Source of the DNA: Octopus bimaculoides
Taxonomy: Eukaryota
Assembly: GCF_001194135.2 (NCBI RefSeq)
Contig: NC_069003.1
Span: 5,699,585-5,763,584 of the forward strand
DNA: 64,000 nt
Direction: 5' to 3'
The notes beneath the pieces were generated by a model. That model saw nothing but the letters and a program-made list of their open reading frames with translations. It made no database searches and was not told the origin of the DNA. Below, one piece after another: positions 22,848 through 35,264 of the stretch. A program made the position numbers and the translations under genes. How positions within the stretch are numbered: the stretch's first letter is position 1; each line of letters starts with the position of its first letter.

Positions 22848-23648
22848 CATCATCATCATCGTTTAACGTCCGCTTTCCATGCTAGCATGGGTTGGACGAT
22901 TTGACTGAGGACTGGTGAAACCGGATGGCAACACCAGGCTCCAGTCTGATTTGGCAGAGTTTCTACAGCTGGATGCCCTTCCTAACGCCAACCACTCAGA
23001 GAGTGTAGTGGGTGCTTTTACGTGTCACCCGCACGAAAACGGCNNNNNNNNNNNNNNNNNNNNNNNNNNNNNNNNNNNNNNNNNNNNNNNNNNNNNNNNN
23101 NNNNNNNNNNNNNNNNNNNNNNNNNNNNNNNNNNNNNNNNNNNNNNNNNNNNNNNNNNNNNNNNNNNNNNNNNNNNNNNNNNNNNNNNNNNNNNNNNNNN
23201 NNNNNNNNNNNNNNNNNNNNNNNNNNNNNNNNNNNNNNNNNNNNNNNNNNNNNNNNNNNNNNNNNNNNNNNNNNNNNNNNNNNNNNNNNNNNNNNNNNNN
23301 NNNNNNNNNNNNNNNNNNNNNNNATCTTACTTGGCTTGCCGGGTCTTCTCACGCACAGCCCATTTCCAAAGGTCTCGGTCCGTAGTCATCGCCTCGGTGA
23401 GGCCCAATGTACGAAGGTCTTGCCTCACCACCTCAGCCCAGGTCTTCCTGGGCCTACCTCTTCCACGGGTTCCCTCAACTGTTAGGGTGTGGCACTTTTT
23501 CACGCAGCTATCCTCCTCCATTCTCACCACATGTCCATACCAGCGCAATCGTCTCTCTTGCACGCCACAACTGATGCTTCTAATGTTCAGCTTTTCTCTC
23601 AAGATACTTACACTCTGACGGGTATTCACATTGACATTACACATCCAA
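22848..23648 (-). mobile_element. Young RTE LINE 3' end (ORF C-terminus, gap 23044-23323, family C tail)
   Basis: Uninterrupted ORF remnant 23327-23644 ...RRLRWYGHVVRMEEDSCVKKCHTLTVEGTRGRGRPRKTWAEVVRQDL...*. The same-strand tail ends in (GAT)n at about 22850. Confidence 0.9.
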
Positions 23649-24199
23649 CATATATATATAGTTGATATGTATATGAGTGTGTGTATGGCATAAACATTTG
23701 TGTATATTTGTCTATATATTTACATAATCATTGAAATATATGAATTTATGTCATAATTTCTCACCAAATTCAGTTATTATGTTTTGAAGTTGGATTTGAC
23801 AATTTTATTTTATTTTATTTCATGATATAAAAGCAAAATATGAACCAGAAATATTTAGAAAATGTTATAAGGAATTCCAGAAATGTATTCTGACCGACTG
23901 AGTATATATCATTACTTGCCACTGATATTTACCGTTGTTGGTGGAGAAGTCTAGATATGCTAGAAATAGCAGCTAAATTTCCATCAAATCATACCCTGCC
24001 ACCCTAAATAAGGAAAGAGCTTATTAGCTTGGCTGGCTGCATTGGTAAGAAGTTTGCTTCCCAACCTCATAGTTTCTGGCTCAGTTCCACTGCATGGCAC
24101 CTTGTGTCTTCTACTATAGCCCTGGGTCAACCAATGCGTTTGAGTGGATTTGGTACACAGAAACTGTGTGAAATCTCATCGAATGTGTGTGCATCCCTG

Positions 24200-24312
24200 T
24201 GCAGGTGGCACGTCCTTCATATTGTATCAAAATTTCATGCATTTATTTGTAACGTTAAGGAAATTATTAAAAATTAAAACCCATCAATGACTTTTGGGAC
24301 ACCCTGTATATA
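24200..24312. mobile_element. Tc1-like MITE end
   Basis: ACTTTTGGGACACCCTG-TA terminus; the other end was not found. Confidence 0.45.
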
Positions 24313-24559
24313 TCTTTTACCTGTTTCATTGATTAGGCTGCGGCCATGCTGGGGCACTGTCTTGAAGAATCTTTTTATTTTTTAGTCAAATGAATCTCCC
24401 CCGGTACTTTTTCTTTTTAAAGTATGGGACTTATTCTATCAGTCTCTTTTGCCAAATCGCTAAGTTACAGAATCACAAACACACAGCAAAAATCCTTGTG
24501 ACCTCTGATTGGCCTTTTGCATTTGGACACCACCACCTGCAACAACACTGGCACTGAGC

Positions 24560-24860
24560 TGTATTTGTACGAGTTGACAGCCTTTCCTTTGGATGAACAT
24601 TAGCTAAGGAATTCCAGTCACGACCATTCCCTAGTTTTCCTGAGCAACGGAGCTACTGCATGCACTCATGCAGTGTCAAGTGTTGCTGACTTGTGGAGTT
24701 ATGCCAAACAGCTTGTCTTATGTGTTGGACAAATTTGGCTACCAGTCAAATCCATCCTGAGAATGGCTCCACCAGCCACTTTTTAACAGGAGTGGGCAGG
24801 CAGTATTTCTCTGTTTAGTGGCAATAGCAAAGAAGGTTGTGTGGTGGATGTTTATATAGG
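24560..24860 (+). mobile_element. L1/Tx1-like LINE ORF2 C-terminal remnant
   Basis: LHALMQC / VADLWSYAKQL...AVFLCLVAIAKKVVWW resembles the C-terminal zinc-knuckle and downstream W motifs of L1/Tx1 ORF2; frameshifted. Confidence 0.5.
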
Positions 24861-24899
24861 TTTGTATCTTGTCGTGACATTTTGTGATTATTGTAAATG

Positions 24900-25065
24900 T
24901 AATTCATTTCCAATATTCTGCAAAAACGGCCTCTGGCCATGTGAAAATATTACCTTGCTTGGAAATGGGTAAAAATAGGTGACAGGAAGGGCCTCTGGCC
25001 GTAGAAAACCTTCCTGAATAACCTGGCTGATCCATGCAAGTATAGAAGTGGCTATTAAAATGATG
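24900..25065 (+). mobile_element. SINE tail module I, partial
   Basis: CTGGCCATGTGAAAATATTACCTTGCTTGGAAA...GTGACAGGAAGGGC...TTAAAATGATG. Confidence 0.7.
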
Positions 25066-25127
25066 GCCGTCTCTATCCCGTATTATAAGTATAATCACAT
25101 GTTCATGCTGATCCCACATTTACTACC

Positions 25128-25500
25128 TTTTATCTTTTACTTGTTTCAGTCTTTAGACTGTGGCCATGCTGGGGCAGTGCCTTGAAGAATTTTTGTCAAA
25201 TGAATCGACCCCAATACTTTTTTTTAAGCCTGGTACTTATTCTATCAATCTCTCTTGCCAAACTGCAAAGTTACAGGGACATAAACATACCAAACACCAG
25301 TTGTCAAGCAGTACTGGGGGATAAACAAAGACACACATATATATGACAGGCTTCTTTCAGTTTCCATCTCTCAGATCCACTCACAAGCCTTTGGTCTGCC
25401 TAAGGCTACAGTAGAAGACACTTGCCCAAGGTGCCATGCAGTAGGATTGAACCTGGAGCCATGTGGTTGTGAAGCAAGCTTCGTACCACACAGACACACA
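25128..25500 (-). mobile_element. SINE type B, full length
   Basis: Tail B1 at left, short microsatellite, head at right; colinear with 18173-18572. Confidence 0.88.
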
Positions 25501-26555
25501 CCTACCCCACATTTACATAATCACATGGCTATGCCTGTCTCACATTCTAAATATAGCCACATGGCCATGTCTGTCCCACATTATACAATGTATATACATT
25601 TTCAAGCAAAAGGAATCTCTACTTGGTCACTCAGTATGTTAAAAATAACAGGCTAATCTCCCTTCTCCAGACACTACATGATGAGATTGAACACGAAACT
25701 ACAGCCTTATAGGTCTACTCACTCAGGGCCGACTTAGGAATAAACAGCGACCACAATACAATGTTTCTTTAATGAATTGTATTCATGTGAAATAATTTTA
25801 ACCATTTCAGTTATTTTATACAGTTTCATTGCTGTTGTCTGTGTGTGGTGGCAGCGGGGTGGGGTGGGGGGGGGGCACTCGCAATGATTTCTGATGCGTA
25901 TTTTAAATATCAAACATTACTACTTGATGGCTTTCTTCACCTTGACCTACTTGTGATTTTATTAATATTTTTTTCTTAGTTCTTTTGTATTACTTAAAAT
26001 GTGACAATTCTGTATAAAGAAAAGAGAAAAGAAAGTGTTGGCTGTAGGTAGTTATGGATGTTCATTTGATAATCCTGTCTTAATAAATTGTGGCAGGATA
26101 AAAATGCAGCCACTCTACCCTGTTGAAAACCATGCTAGAAATAACTTGAAATTCTCAGCAACACTGTGGATGGTTGAGGTTTTCCTCTGTAGTGGTGGTA
26201 ATGGTGGAGGTGGTGAAATTTGTAGTGGTGGTACTGAGGTGGTTGGTGATTATTATGATGAGAGGTAACATGTTGTGAAACCTGTCTAAACTGTGATGGA
26301 AAAGGACGTCCCCTTCCTCCGCTGCCACCCGCCCTGTTGCAAAATGGTGATGATGATGATAAATATGTGTGTTTATATATTTTATAGCTTTGCTATATTA
26401 AGAAAAAAAAAATACTTATGTCTGTGCATGGCATTTTCAAACTCACCAACATCAATTACAAATCCACAATCACATCAATGATGGTAGATTTAATATCACA
26501 GGCAGACATATGCACCATTGCTCCACACATACACACACAAATTCATATGCAGCTA

Positions 26556-26584
26556 GTCTCTCTCTCTCTAACTCTCTCTCTTTC

Positions 26585-26627
<43 letters not shown>

Positions 26628-26650
26628 GTCTCTCTCTCTGNNNNNNNNNN

Positions 26651-26688
<38 letters not shown>

Positions 26689-26718
26689 ACACTCACACAC
26701 ACACACACACACACACAC
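26556..26718. repeat. (TC)n/(CA)n microsatellite with 10-N gap
   Basis: Directly visible. Confidence 0.95.
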
Positions 26719-26794
26719 AATGTTTGGGCTTAATTTGAGTTTTCATGATACAACATATCATCTAAAAATGAAAGTATTTTAAAAAGATTTAAAA

Positions 26795-26995
26795 AATATT
26801 GGCTGGGGGATAGGAGTTTACTCAAAAAGCCGCTGCCAGCTTTCACCACGGCCTCAAGATGGCTCGAGAACCTGGCGCATGCGTTCCTCCCTGCAAATCT
26901 GGGAAGATCGTCAGACACCTCCTTGATCTTGGCCACCACCCTGGCCTTGGTGTTATAAGCAGAATGATTGGTTTCTTTCTCAACCACACTCCCGA
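26795..26995 (-). pseudogene. Tc1/mariner superfamily (DD37D/maT-like) transposase C-terminal remnant
   Basis: VVEKETNHSAYNTKARVVAKIKEV..DLP.....ACARFSSHLEAVVKAGSGF matches the W..VE..TN...NT...L...I......L......AC.RF..RLEAVV.A.G.. pattern. Confidence 0.7.
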
Positions 26996-27186
26996 CTCAC
27001 AGCTACAACTTTATTCCTTATGCTTTGCAATGCTGGCTTAATCATGTTCTGTCACTAGGTTCTATTTTCAGGTGATTGCACAGAAGCAACATAAAAGAAA
27101 GAGTTTTGCTTCAGAACACAATGTGTCACCTTACTCTAAGAAACGAATCCATGATCTAAGAATTGTTAGCCCAACATACTATGTAT

Positions 27187-27451
27187 ATTGGTTTCAAATT
27201 TTGGCACAGTCAACAATTTCAGTGGTGGGGTAAGTCAATTACATTGACTCCCTACCCACTTCCTGCCGGTGCTCACCTGGTCCTTATTTCATCATCCCCG
27301 AAAGGATGAAAGGCGAAGTCAACCTCGGCAGAATTTGAACTCAGAATGTAAAAAGAGATGAAATGCTGTTGAACATTTTGCATGATGTGCTAACAATTTG
27401 GCCAGCACCCATTCAATAATGATAGTAGTAGTAGTAATAATAATAGTAGTA

Positions 27452-27486
<35 letters not shown>

Positions 27487-27905
27487 CCTTTCTACTATAG
27501 GCACAAGGCCTGAAATTTGGGGGGAAGGGGCAAGTCGATGACATCAATCCCAGTGTTCAACTAGTACTTAATTTATCGACCCCCGAAAAGATGCAAAGCA
27601 AAGTCGACTTTGGCGGAATTTGAACTCAAAACATAGCAGCAGATGAAATACCACTAAGCATTTCACCCAGCATGCTAACAATTCTGCTAGCTTGCCACCT
27701 TATAATAATAATGGGTTAAAATTTTGGCACAGGGCCAGTAGTTTTTGAGGGGAATGGGGAGTCGATTACATCAACCCCAATGCTCAACTGGTATTTATTT
27801 CTTTGACCCTGAGAGAATGAAAAGCAAAGTCAACTTTAGCAGAATTTAAACTCAGAACGTGAAGTCAGACAGTAACACTACTAGATATTTTGCTTGGCAT
27901 CTTGG
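27187..27905 (-). mobile_element. Array of three type A SINEs separated by (TAA/TAG)n
   Basis: Copies at about 27187-27415, 27487-27750 and 27770-27905, each with GAAAG..GAAAGGC.AAGTC.AC...GAATTTGAACTC on +; (ATA)n at 27417-27487 and 27759-27770. Confidence 0.85.
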
Positions 27906-28958
27906 TACCTCTCTGACAACTTGGTACCTTTGCATGTATATATATATATATTAGATTCACAAAAACAGGCATATAGTGAAGTTCTAACAATCATATCTGA
28001 ACTTATACTATATGCACACACCTGTATACACATAGATGTGGCTACGTACACACAAACATAAGTACATACAGACTTACACACAAACATGCACACACATCAC
28101 TGCACTTATGCACATACACACCTACACATAAGCGTACAAGTGGGTTTATTTATACAAGTAAGGTGAATGACTAACAGTACATACATGCATACTGTATCTG
28201 TTTTGGAAACCACATGTATAAACAGAAAATTATAAGCAAAAATCATATAGATGTATACATATATACATACATTCAGACACACACGCACGCGCTTACATAT
28301 GCACATATTTATATGTATGTGTGTCAGTGTGTAAAATCTTTGGACATCTATCTATTTATGAAGGACTAATTTGAACCATCTTAACTGCTTTCTACATGAT
28401 TACATTTATATACATATTTGTGTAACTTGTTTATAAATGCTTTGATGCCATAAACGATTACCTGTCTATTTTTTATTTTACACATTTTAGTTTAACTAAC
28501 AGTCTTTCAGCTATGGTGGCAAGTATTCCAGTTGATCGGATCAACGAAACAACCTGCTCAAGAAATTGGTGTGTAAGTGGCTGAGCACTCCACAAACATG
28601 TGTACCCTTAACGTAGTTCTTGGAAAGATTCAGCGTGACACAGAAAATGACAAAGCTGGTCCTTTTTGCTAGTTGAGCGGACTGGAGGATCAAGAAATAA
28701 AATGTCTTGCTGTCGTTGTTTAACTCCAGGGCTGATCTGGAGCTAACAACAACCAGGTTTCCTGTCAACAAGGAACCTGAATCTTCTATGCCAGTAATTC
28801 TCAACCCTTTTCTCATTTACCCTCTCAGCTTACTGGATTTCACCATTTATTCCTTTACTCTCATGCAATAAATGTGCATTATATAATCATCACTCTATGT
28901 AAAATATCACATTACTGCCAAAACACTATCTTTAAGATAGCATGTTGGCACTAACATG

Positions 28959-28995
<37 letters not shown>

Positions 28996-29719
28996 TTACA
29001 TACATATATCAAATATTCATATACATGTATAGACACATTGATTCATGTATAGTCATGTGATATATCTTTCATTTGCCAAGGTTTTAATTAGTATAACAAC
29101 ATGTGTTAGAAAACTGATACTGTGTGGTAGTAGAAAGACAGACACTGTTGAACTGTTGCTGGGTAGCGTAGTTGGGAGGAATTAATTATGATTATGATAT
29201 TCTGAACATGTTAATTTTAGCAATAAATTAAAAGCAGGTGTTGACAACATTGGCTGTGAATCAACTCACAAAATGGCTATGGTTTCAAACATTTCAGAAG
29301 AATTGGCAATATGATAGCAGTTACCTGTGCAGAATGTGGTGATGATCTCAGAGATGAGATCTGAGAAATTTTAGTTTGAGAGCAATAAATGATCAGGGAT
29401 AGAGCAGAAGCAGTGTTTATGACACTTGCCAAACCCTAGCTGGAACCTTACTGGTCTCTAAAAAAGGAAGGACATATTGGATAGTGTAGTCTAAGAATAA
29501 AGAGAAAAGACTGGATGGCCATGCTTGGAACCTATTTGAACATTGGTTAGCTTGACCCGACAACATAGCAATGCTTCTGCATGGCCCGGCATGTTCTCCA
29601 TGGTAGAATGGAAATGAAGGACATTGCTTCTTTGATGGTGATGCTCATTTGCAACTGACACAATGCCAAGACACTGAGGCATTGAGACACACATACACAC
29701 ACACACACACACGTATTTA

Positions 29720-29802
29720 TATAAGGGTCCTCTGTTATAGCCTTTGGCCGTCCAAAGCCTTGTGAGTGGGTTTAGTTGGTGGAAACAGAAAGAAACCCAT
29801 GT

Positions 29803-29842
<40 letters not shown>

Positions 29843-30045
29843 TGTGTTTGTGTCTGTGTTTGTCCTCCCACCATTGTGTTGGTATATTTGTGTTCCCATA
29901 ATTTAGCAGTTCAGCAGAAGTGACTGATAGAATATGTACTAGGCTTCAAGAGAATAAGTCCTGGGATTGATTTCTTTGACTAAAACCTTTTAAGGTGGTG
30001 CTTCAGCATGGCCACAGTGAAATGACTGAAAGAAGTAAAAGAATA
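29720..30045 (+). mobile_element. SINE type B, 5'-truncated
   Basis: CAAAGCCTTGTGAGTGGG.TT.G, (TA)n and tail B1. Confidence 0.85.
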
Positions 30046-30207
30046 TATATATGTCAACACAAACCTAGTCATGTAGATATACACACATAATCTAAAGAGT
30101 ATCTGAATTCCAAAGCATTTTTTTCTTTTTTATGATAAAGAACATGCTGGTAGAGATATAATTTGAACCTTTCACCTTATTAATGACATATCACCGTTCC
30201 TCTCCAC

Positions 30208-30209
<2 letters not shown>

Positions 30210-30281
<72 letters not shown>
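30210..30281. repeat. (CA)n microsatellite
   Basis: Directly visible. Confidence 0.97.
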
Positions 30282-30282
<1 letters not shown>

Positions 30283-30484
30283 TATCAATGTTTCATGGCA
30301 TCATCCCACCAGACTAAGTGGCACAGGTATTACTTACAAACACAACATTGCTATCGTAGTTTGCTGATTGCTGAGGAAAGTTACTGCTTCTTGTAGACAT
30401 TCAGTTGGCTTATCATATCCGACTATTTTACATACTTTGTATTTCTGATGCTCTCTTACGGATGCTTTGCAATTTTCTGAGTTC

Positions 30485-30685
30485 AAGGTGGCGAGCTGGC
30501 AGAAACGTTAGCACACCAGGCAAAATGCTTGGCAGTATTTCATCTGTCTTTACATTCTGAGTTCAAATTCCGCTGAGGTCGACTTTACTTTCCATCCTTT
30601 CAGAATCGATAAATTAAGTACCAGTTGCATACTGGCCCCCACTTCCCCAAGAATTTCAGGCCTTGTGCCTAGAGTAGAAAAGAAT
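30485..30685 (+). mobile_element. SINE type A
   Basis: AAGGTGGCGAGCTGGCAGAAACGTTAGC...GAGTTCAAATTCC...GGCCTTGTGCCTAGAGTAGAAAAGA. Confidence 0.88.
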
Positions 30686-30699
30686 TTTCTATGAGTTCA

Positions 30700-30702
<3 letters not shown>

Positions 30703-30772
<70 letters not shown>

Positions 30773-30860
30773 ATACGTGTGTGTGTTTATACGTGTGTGT
30801 GTTTATACGTGTGTGTGTTTATACGTGTGTGTGTTTATACGTGTGTGTGTGTGTGTGTGT
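30703..30860. repeat. (TG)n evolving into a TTATAC-interrupted 14-16-bp unit
   Basis: Five TTATAC-GTGTGTGT units at 30771-30850 inside (TG)n. Confidence 0.9.
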
Positions 30861-30934
30861 GATCATCACCATCTTCTTGTGATATCTACTTTTCCATGGT
30901 CGGTTAGTCCACATTACTCTGCAAGGAGCATAAG

Positions 30935-31120
30935 ACTGGTTCCCCGGTTTCTCTGATGTATATATTCCACTTTTCGATATATACCTTCTTGGATGGGATG
31001 CCAGTCTGTCGTAGGATTACTCGTTTTTACCAGCTGGGTAGACTGGGACAGTTCAAGAACACAACTCATTGCCCAGTCTCGGAATTGAAACCACAATCTT
31101 ATGATCATGAGTCCACCACC
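30935..31120 (-). mobile_element. SINE-like element with V-domain-like motif, decayed
   Basis: Minus strand has a tRNA-like head fragment (GTGGTTTCAATTCC), CCCAGCTGGTAAAAACGAGT and CCTACGACAGACTGGCATCCCATCCAAG, similar to the CCTGCGATGGACTGG..TCCAGG motif of V-SINEs. Confidence 0.45.
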
Positions 31121-31324
31121 CTGTCCATCACTCCTGAATGGGATTGAAGGTGAGTTACCTCACCTGTCCATGACTCTGAGGTGTTTTCACATTTCGCGCT
31201 TTGAGAGTATATATACTCCACTGGAAAATACACAAAGCATATACATTAAGTCTACATGGTTAATGGTATTTATTATAGAGCTGCTTTGGTTTCAAATGTA
31301 AATGTATGTATATATATATATATA

Positions 31325-31710
31325 GACATGGCTCTGTGGTGAGAAGCTGCTTCCCAACCACATGGTTCTAGGTTCAGTCCCACTGCGTGGCACCTTGGGC
31401 AAGTGTCTTCTACTTTTGCCTCAGGTTGACCGAAGCCTTGTGAGTGGATTTGGTAGATGAAAACTGAAAAAAGCTCCTCATTTATTTATACATGTATGTT
31501 TGTGTGTTTTTCCTCCCATCACTGCTTGACAATTGGTGTTGGTGTGTTTACACCCCCATAACTTAGCGGTTCAGCAAAAGTAACTGATAGAATAAGTACT
31601 AGGCTTAAGAAATAAGTCCTGGGGTCGATTTATTTGACTAAAACCCTTCAAGGCAGTGCTCCAGCATGGCTGCAGTCAAATGACTGAAACAAGTAAAAGA
31701 ATAAAAGAAT
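31325..31710 (+). mobile_element. SINE type B, full length
   Basis: Complete head, short internal microsatellite and tail ending GAAACAAGTAAAAGAATAAAAGAA. Confidence 0.92.
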
Positions 31711-33094
31711 CTATAATCCTCATTTCCCCATCCACTATCCGTGCCAGCCTACACTGGATGGATTGTCACAGTTTGAATCAGTTAATTTTCAAAGTTACTG
31801 CTCTCTTAGACAGATCAAGGGACCACGTCCTGTTCATTTGCTTTATCTTTGGCATGAGAGAGAATACAAGGACTAAAGAGCTTTTCAAATTATGTTAAAT
31901 GTCTTCTGCTATTAGTGGAGGCAGACAATCAAATGAGTCGCCATGTTGAACACATTTATTAACAAAATGAATTATGAATAAGATTATAGAACAAATGCTA
32001 AGTACATAATACTTGACTGCAAAGTGTATGATGATAATAATAATAATAACAATAGTGAAAGGAATCATTAAAGCAAATTAAATAAGTCAGCAAAACACAT
32101 ATAAGGTTAACTATAATTATGAAATTATCAATACCAATTAATAACAATAGATTGTTAATTACAACTCAAAAGAAATAAAACTTAAAATCAATTTAAAAGC
32201 CATCACTGTTGAATTCTTCATTATCACTGATGCCAAAAACAGCATCTAATTCCTCTTGTAGCAGTGTTTCGTCTGCATGAAATGAAACAATTGAATGTGG
32301 CTGTTTGGATACTGAAGATCTGGCATGGCTAACTGGACAGTGAACCAGTTTTGGCGATGCCTGTTTTGGCAACAGTCATTGAATACGTCTTAATGTATCT
32401 GAAAGGGTAAAAGGCAAAGTCAACCTTGGAGAAATTTGAACTCAGAACATAAAGCCAGACAAAATGCTAACTATTCTGCCAGTTCCCTGCTTTGCACACA
32501 CCAGCTTAATAATAATCACAAATTTTAACACAAGGCCAGCTATATCCGGGGAGGGGTTAAGTCGATTACACCAGCCCCCAGTGTTCAACTAGTACTTGTT
32601 TTATCAACCCTGAAAAGATGAAAAGTAAAATCAAACCTAGAACATAAAGACAGACAAAATACCACGAAGCATTTCATCTGGCATGCTAATGATTCTACCG
32701 CTACCGGCCTTTCAAACATCAGCATAATAATGACAGATATTTTGATAAATTCTTCATAATATTCTAATAGCAATGAAGACAGTGTATTTCAGCAGTTATA
32801 TGGTAACAAAAGGGTTAAAGTGATCTAAATTTGGAGACACTTCCATAGAATCCAATCTTATCTGGAGCAGAGAGAGAGTTACAATGTCATAACTACTCCT
32901 TGGTATGTGTTCATGTCTTGTGTTTATAATAACAACAGATTGTGACCTATAATTTTCATTTTCTTGCACAAGATCTTTTACTCTCATATAAAAGTCACAC
33001 CCTTGACATTATTATTATTATCATTATTACTTCGATTACTTTTATTGAAGATGTGTACAAACAAAATGTGATGTGTGATTATACGAAAATAAAT

Positions 33095-33125
<31 letters not shown>

Positions 33126-33297
33126 TATATGTTTTATTGGACTGTGTAACTCAGGCTTGAAAGACAACTGATTGTTAGAATTTTCCTTTGTCTTTTTTTA
33201 AAGTTATAATTTGTAGCAAGAGAAGGCTTCTTCTTCCTTTTCTTTTCTTCTTCCATTTCTTTTTTCCTGTTTCTTTCACTTCTTATTATTATCATTA

Positions 33298-34415
33298 CTA
33301 AGGTGATGAGCCGGTAGAATTGTTAGTATACTGGACGAAACACTTAGTGGTATTTTGTCTGCCACTATATTCTGAGTTCAAATTCTACTGAGGTCAACTT
33401 TGCCTTTCATCCTTTCGGGGTCAATAGATTAAGTACCAGTGAAACACTGGGGTTGATGTAATCAACTCATCCAGTCCCCACAAAAATGGCTGCCCTTGTG
33501 GCAAAATTTGAAACCATTATTATTATTCTATTGTCTTTGCACAACTTCTAATGCTGGAGGTGTCAGTTGTTCACTACCAGTGAACTATTTTTCGAGCACA
33601 ATCCAAAGTATTCTTGTTGTTATGGTAGGGAGCTAGCTAAATTGTTAGCACTTTGGACAAAATGCCACTGAGCATTTTGCCTCTCTTTACTTTCTAAGCT
33701 TAAATTCTGCCATGGTCGACTTTGCCTTTTGTCCCTTCAGGGTTGATGAAATAGATACCAATGGAGCACTTGAGGTGATGTACTGGACTTACCCTCTTCC
33801 CTGATGGCATGCTAGTAGAATCTCTCGTGCATCAGACAGAATCTCTGTTGCATTCAGACAAAATTCTTAGCAGCATTTCTTCCTGCTCTTTTCATCCTGG
33901 GTTCAAATTCTGCCAAGGTCAACTTTGCAATCCATACTTTTGGGATCAATAAAATAAGCACCAATATAATCAACTTGCCTTTTCTCCTCGAAATTGCTGG
34001 CCTTGTGCATAATCGAGGGGTGCTGAAAAGTTCCCAACTTTAAGGGTATCGCTAGAGGCCTCATTGGAGGCCCAACCTTCCGTGTTCTTTTACAGGGTTA
34101 AGAAAACCTGAAGGACCACTGCAACAAGTGTGTGAATCTAAGAGGGGAATATGTTGAATGAAATCATGATTAACTGATCCTCTTGTATTTTCTTTTACTC
34201 AAAGCCAGGAACTTTTCAGCATGCCCTCGTAGCTGAAAGAATTTGCTGGCAGAACCATGTGCATGCCAGAGAAAATGCTTTACAGCATTTCTTCCGGCTT
34301 CATTCTGCATCCTTTTGGGCTTGATAAAATAAGTAGCAGTTTGAGCGCCGGGGGTCGATGTAATCAGCTTGTCTGCTCCCCCACCCCAATTTCAAGTTGT
34401 GTGCCTTGAGTAGTA
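33298..34415 (+). mobile_element. Array of four type A SINEs with a nested mariner MITE
   Basis: Copies at about 33298-33520, 33625-33800, 33805-34010 and 34240-34415; the first is flanked by (TAT)n on both sides. Confidence 0.8.
34014..34231 (+). mobile_element. Mariner-derived MITE, about 216 bp
   Basis: TIRs CGAGGGGTGCTGAAAAGTTCC and GGAACTTTTCAGCATGCCCTCG-TA; internal CNKCVNLRGEYVE* is a mariner C-terminus. Confidence 0.85.
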
Positions 34416-35204
34416 AAAAAAAAAAAGCATTTTTATCATTATTCTCACATGTTCGGACTGGGGTGTCTTGGGATTATTCTTTAATAAGTAGATTTAGAAA
34501 AAAACTAAAACTAAATGTTTTGTAAGAAATGTCTCATTAACATTCCTTGTCAATTGCCCAATTCACTGCAAACACGCCAGCTTATTCAAAACCTTTTCCT
34601 CTCTAACTCACCTCCCCCTCTGCCCACCATCTTTTCCTATTTCTTCCTATTTGACTGACTCCATGCTATCCACTTGCTGCTACCTAATGGGTCAGGCAGA
34701 TATTATTATTATTATTATTATTATATATTGTGCAGGCTTAGCCTTTCGTTCCTTTTTTCTTTTGCTAGTTGCTGCTGTTATTGTTGTTATTGTTGTTATT
34801 GTTTGAAAAAGAGGATTAGGTGGAGTAGGAATTTGAATCAACTCCTCCCTCCTCCCCTATCATTGCTTACTCTATAACATGAAAAAACAAAGAAGAAAAT
34901 ACAAATGAAAGCTGCTTAAGTAGGTCTCCCAACTTCAATTTTTCTACCAATATTTCGAGGTACATACACACACACACACACACACACACTTGTTATATAT
35001 ATATACATACACACATACATTGTATAGATTTACTATCTGAAGGACTTATCCAGTTGAGGTGCAATGGTTAGAATATACATACATGCATACATACATATAA
35101 AGTTTGGTAGCATAAACAAGATAAATAGAACTCAATGCATTTCTATATATTAATTTTTACACTTTAATAAATTTTTTGTAATCTTCAGCCAATTAAAGAA
35201 AAAT

Positions 35205-35264
<60 letters not shown>

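Noticed and set aside
27072-27182. Plus-strand exon VIAQKQHKRKSFASEHNVSPYSKKRIHDL...
   Set aside because: Reasonable acceptor but only a weak donor (TAT|GTATAT); it abuts a transposase remnant and overlaps a competing minus-strand candidate.
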